Origin: Carcharhinus amblyrhynchos
Taxonomy: Eukaryota
Reading direction: 5' to 3'
DNA length: 64,000 bases
NCBI GenBank assembly: GCA_965287045.1
Contig: OZ336876.1
Location: forward strand, 51,088,001-51,152,000
In this document: piece by piece, positions 61,095-64,000 of the stretch
Numbering within the stretch: position 1 is the first letter of the stretch
How the letters are laid out: every line of letters begins with the position of its first letter
Notes under the pieces: model-generated
The model's input: only the letters and a program-made list of their open reading frames with translations
What the model was told of the DNA's origin: nothing
Databases searched by the model: none
Program-made: the position numbers and the translations under genes

Positions 61095-61400
61095 CTCTAT
61101 AAGAATGTCATTGATCCAAGTAGGACAAAGGCAACGAATGCATGGGAATACCACCACCTGAACACTCTCTTCCAAGTCACACCATCATAATTCACAACTA
61201 CATTGCCGTTCCTTCACTGTTGCAAGGTCAAAATCCAAGATCTCTCCCTTGAACCTCACTGTTTGTGTACGTAAACAAAACGGACTGCATTGATTCAAGG
61301 AAGACATTCACCACCACCTTCTCAAGAGCAATTAAGCAAGGGCAAGAAATGATGGCCTTGCCAGCAATACTTGCATCCCAAGATCGAATAAATAATAATA
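61095..61400 (+). mobile_element. LINE 3'-tail fragment (reverse-oriented related pieces ~2730-2830 and ~60670-60735)
   Basis: ccgttccttcactgttgc...aggaagacattcaccaccaccttctcaagagcaatta...ggccttgccagc, with reverse-complement matches elsewhere in the window. Confidence 0.6.
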
Positions 61401-62055
61401 GAAAAGTTTCAGCACTTGATACATCACCCAAAAATTACAAGATAACATCTTTATGGTTTGACAGCTCACTCTGAGTCCATATCAGCAATTCAGGAGGAAC
61501 ATTTTTATATAATACGAACACTTTTTCAAAGCTGGAATAGTCTCAAGTTCCCACAAGGTTACATCCAATACAAATGTCCAATCACTTTTATATCACCTAA
61601 GTTGGAATTTCAGAGTTTTATTATTCTAAATTTCAGTTATTGTCACAATTCAATATTACTTTTGTTTGATCACTGTCCAGTAGGTGTACTTCAGAAACAA
61701 CACTTCAAAGACCAGTTTCCTTCTCCACGTTTATAATTAGGTCAAGTCAGTACGGAACCTCAGACAGTGGAATTGCACTTCCTAGTAATACTGCTGAATC
61801 CCTGAACACTGAAAATTGTGTGCAATGGTTCTGGGAGCATGTAGATCAAAAGGCTGAATCTGATTTTCTTCCTTTTCCGTCATATTGATAGGAGACTGAA
61901 CGTACCACAGACGATGGCAGCTGGGGTTCTTTCACAGCCTGAATGTGAGCAGTCTCCTGAATAAATTACACATTTTTAGTCGTGTTGCTTTCTCCTATAT
62001 TTTCTACATGTAAAGAACTATAAATTATATACATTGAGATTAATTTTAAACTCAC

Positions 62056-62196
62056 TTGCGTTGAGTCTCTCAGATCTCTGAGTGGGCTTCCTGCCCAGTC
62101 CTGGCAGGCTTTGTTCCATTTTACCAGATGATGATGAACTTGAGGTTGAATTCTGAGGACTTATTGGACACCCATCTGATTGTTTCATTTCCCAAC
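62056..62196 (-). CDS. ASXL2: ASXL2 coding exon (141 nt; [46 protein letters not shown]); upstream exons lie outside the window
   Basis: Acceptor cactgcag|GT, donor A|gtgagt; phase matches the 164-nt exon. Resembles mammalian ASXL2 WEGKQSDG...SPQNS...QRSERL. Confidence 0.93.
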
Positions 62197-62411
62197 CTGC
62201 AGTGACAGGTGATATTTTGTTTTTAAATAAAAACGAAAACTGAAGAGAACAAATATATGAAAAGCAATTTAAATAAGACACTGAAGTCAAGCACCAAGAC
62301 AGAAACTTCCATTCAGGTTTATGGATGTGCGTGTGCGTGTGTTCACATGTCTGGGACTGAGCTTTCTTCCCAACCTACATTAACTTTATATACCAATGCC
62401 ATCTCAAGACT

Positions 62412-62675
62412 AGGCTGCGTGGAGTTTGCCCGTTCTTCCCATGTCTGCATGGGTTTCCTCCGGGTGCTCCAGTTTCCTCCCACACGCCAAAGATGTGCAA
62501 GTTAGGTGGATTAGCCATGCTAAATTGTCCCTTAGTGTTCCAAGGTGTGTAGGTTAGGAGGATTGGTAGGGCGAATGCTTGAGGTTACAGAGATAAGGCC
62601 TGGGCAGGATGTTTTCTGTCAGAGTTTGGTGCAGACTCAATGGGCCGCATGGTCACTTTCTGCACAGTCTATGAT
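62412..62675 (+). mobile_element. HE1-like V-SINE, 5'-truncated
   Basis: V-domain gtggagtttgcccgttcttcccatgtctgcatgggtttcctccgggtgctccagtttcctcccaca and the same tail as the other copies. Confidence 0.85.
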
Positions 62676-63509
62676 GCAATACTCTGCACACTTTACATTC
62701 AAAATGTGACAGCTATACATTTTAAATATTTCAGAACAAGTAATTAACGTAAATTCATAAAACATGTTGCACAACTGGTTACAGTTTTATGTGTACACAA
62801 TTGCAACTATTAATTGCCGCTAAAGCAACTTTTCAATTGCTAACATATTTCTGATTCTTTTAATAGTTCCCTTGTTACAGCTTGGTTCAACATTAAGTAT
62901 CAGTTGATAACAACACTTCAAAATTAAATGTTACAATTAGTAACAAAACAGTTAGATTGGATATTGCCAGACCAGTTGAATTGTTTTTTAAGCATTTTAT
63001 GTTATTGTTCCATTCTTAGGTGTAGTCAGCAAATCACCTCCACCGTTCCCATTCCAGCTCCTTCACTGTTACTTCTTGTGGTCACACAAGAATCTATCCA
63101 TGGCTCTGTCCTATTTCTCATCTCCAGGCTGCCCCTCGGGCCAACATGAAAAAAAACAGAGAGGGGAGTTTTACTGCCCTGCTCCCCACCACCAGAATTG
63201 TGGAGAGCGGGACGCGGATCATGCAAAGGCCCATTGAGCTCGGGCGGGATTTTCCGACCTTGGGGGAATGCAGTCAGAAAATTCTGCCCAGAGAATCAGT
63301 TTCCAGACTGCTTGTCCGATATCCTGTACTGGATGGGCAAAAATTTCCTCCAGCTAATTAATGGGAAAATTCAAGCTGTTACCTTTGATCCTCATCACAA
63401 TCTCCGTTCTTGAATCATTTACACCATCATTCTCCATGCAAGCTATCTGAGGGTGAACCACACATATCCTGTGTGTGAAGATGCCGGCATTGGACTGGCA
63501 TCCAAGCAC

Positions 63510-64000
63510 AGTAAAGTCTCACAGCTCCGGGTTAAAGTCCAACAGGTTTATCTGGTAGCACAAGCCGCTAGCTTTCCAAGTGTTGCCCCTTCATCAGGTG
63601 AGTGGGAGTTCTGTACGCAAACAGGGAATATAAAGATACAAACTCAATTTATAAAATAATGATTGGAAAGCGAATCTTTACAGGTAGTCAAGTCTTAAAC
63701 ATACAGACAATGTGAGTGGAGAGAGTGTTAAGCACAGGTTAAAGAGATGTGTATTGTCTCCAGCCAGGACAGCTAGTGAAATTTTTCAAGTCCTGGCAAA
63801 TCATGGGGGTTACCGATTGTGCGACATGAACTCAAGATCCTGGTTGAGGCCGTCCACACGAGGATGGCCTCAACCGGGATCTTGGATTCATGTTGCACTA
63901 TCTGTAACCCCCATGACTTGCCTGGGCTTGCAAAATCTCACTAACTGTTCTGGCTGGAGACGATACACATCTCTTTAACCTGTGCTTAATCCTCTTTCCA
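63510..64000 (-). mobile_element. Penelope-like element end with an inverted duplication running off the window edge
   Basis: Same family as 56783-57125; 63717-63855 is mirrored by 63862-64000; degenerate hammerhead core at ~63566-63600. Confidence 0.8.

Overview
Vertebrate genomic DNA, most likely a cartilaginous fish (shark), judged from HE1-type V-SINEs and from CR1, Penelope and Harbinger repeats of the kind typical of sharks. The window holds the 3' part of ASXL2 on the minus strand: six coding exons (62196-62056, 59732-59569, 56676-56580, 28925-28820, 28062-27315, 24802-22241), all with canonical AG/GT sites and matching phases. They encode the DEUBAD/ASXH domain, ASXM1, ASXM2 and the C-terminal PHD finger, followed by a probable ~2.3 kb 3' UTR. 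The main hidden signal is a dual-coding region. A stop-free +1-frame ORF overlaps the last two exons, carries an EHNY (HCF-1-binding-type) motif, and contains the ASXL2-type AG_GUC_UCU -2 frameshift site (the published ASXL transframe, TF, hypothesis). This copy also has an upstream UUU_CGG +1-type site at the position apparently homologous to the ASXL1 shift site, and it feeds the same frame across a splice junction. The rest is intron and intergenic DNA rich in repeats: CR1, L2 and Rex1 LINEs, SINEs, decayed Harbinger elements, a hAT-like element nested in a CR1, and Penelope ends with hammerhead-ribozyme-like cores and a long fold-back. Two candidate cryptic exons lie in the 27.6 kb intron that splits the DEUBAD domain. 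Coordinates were read by eye; repeat boundaries are approximate.
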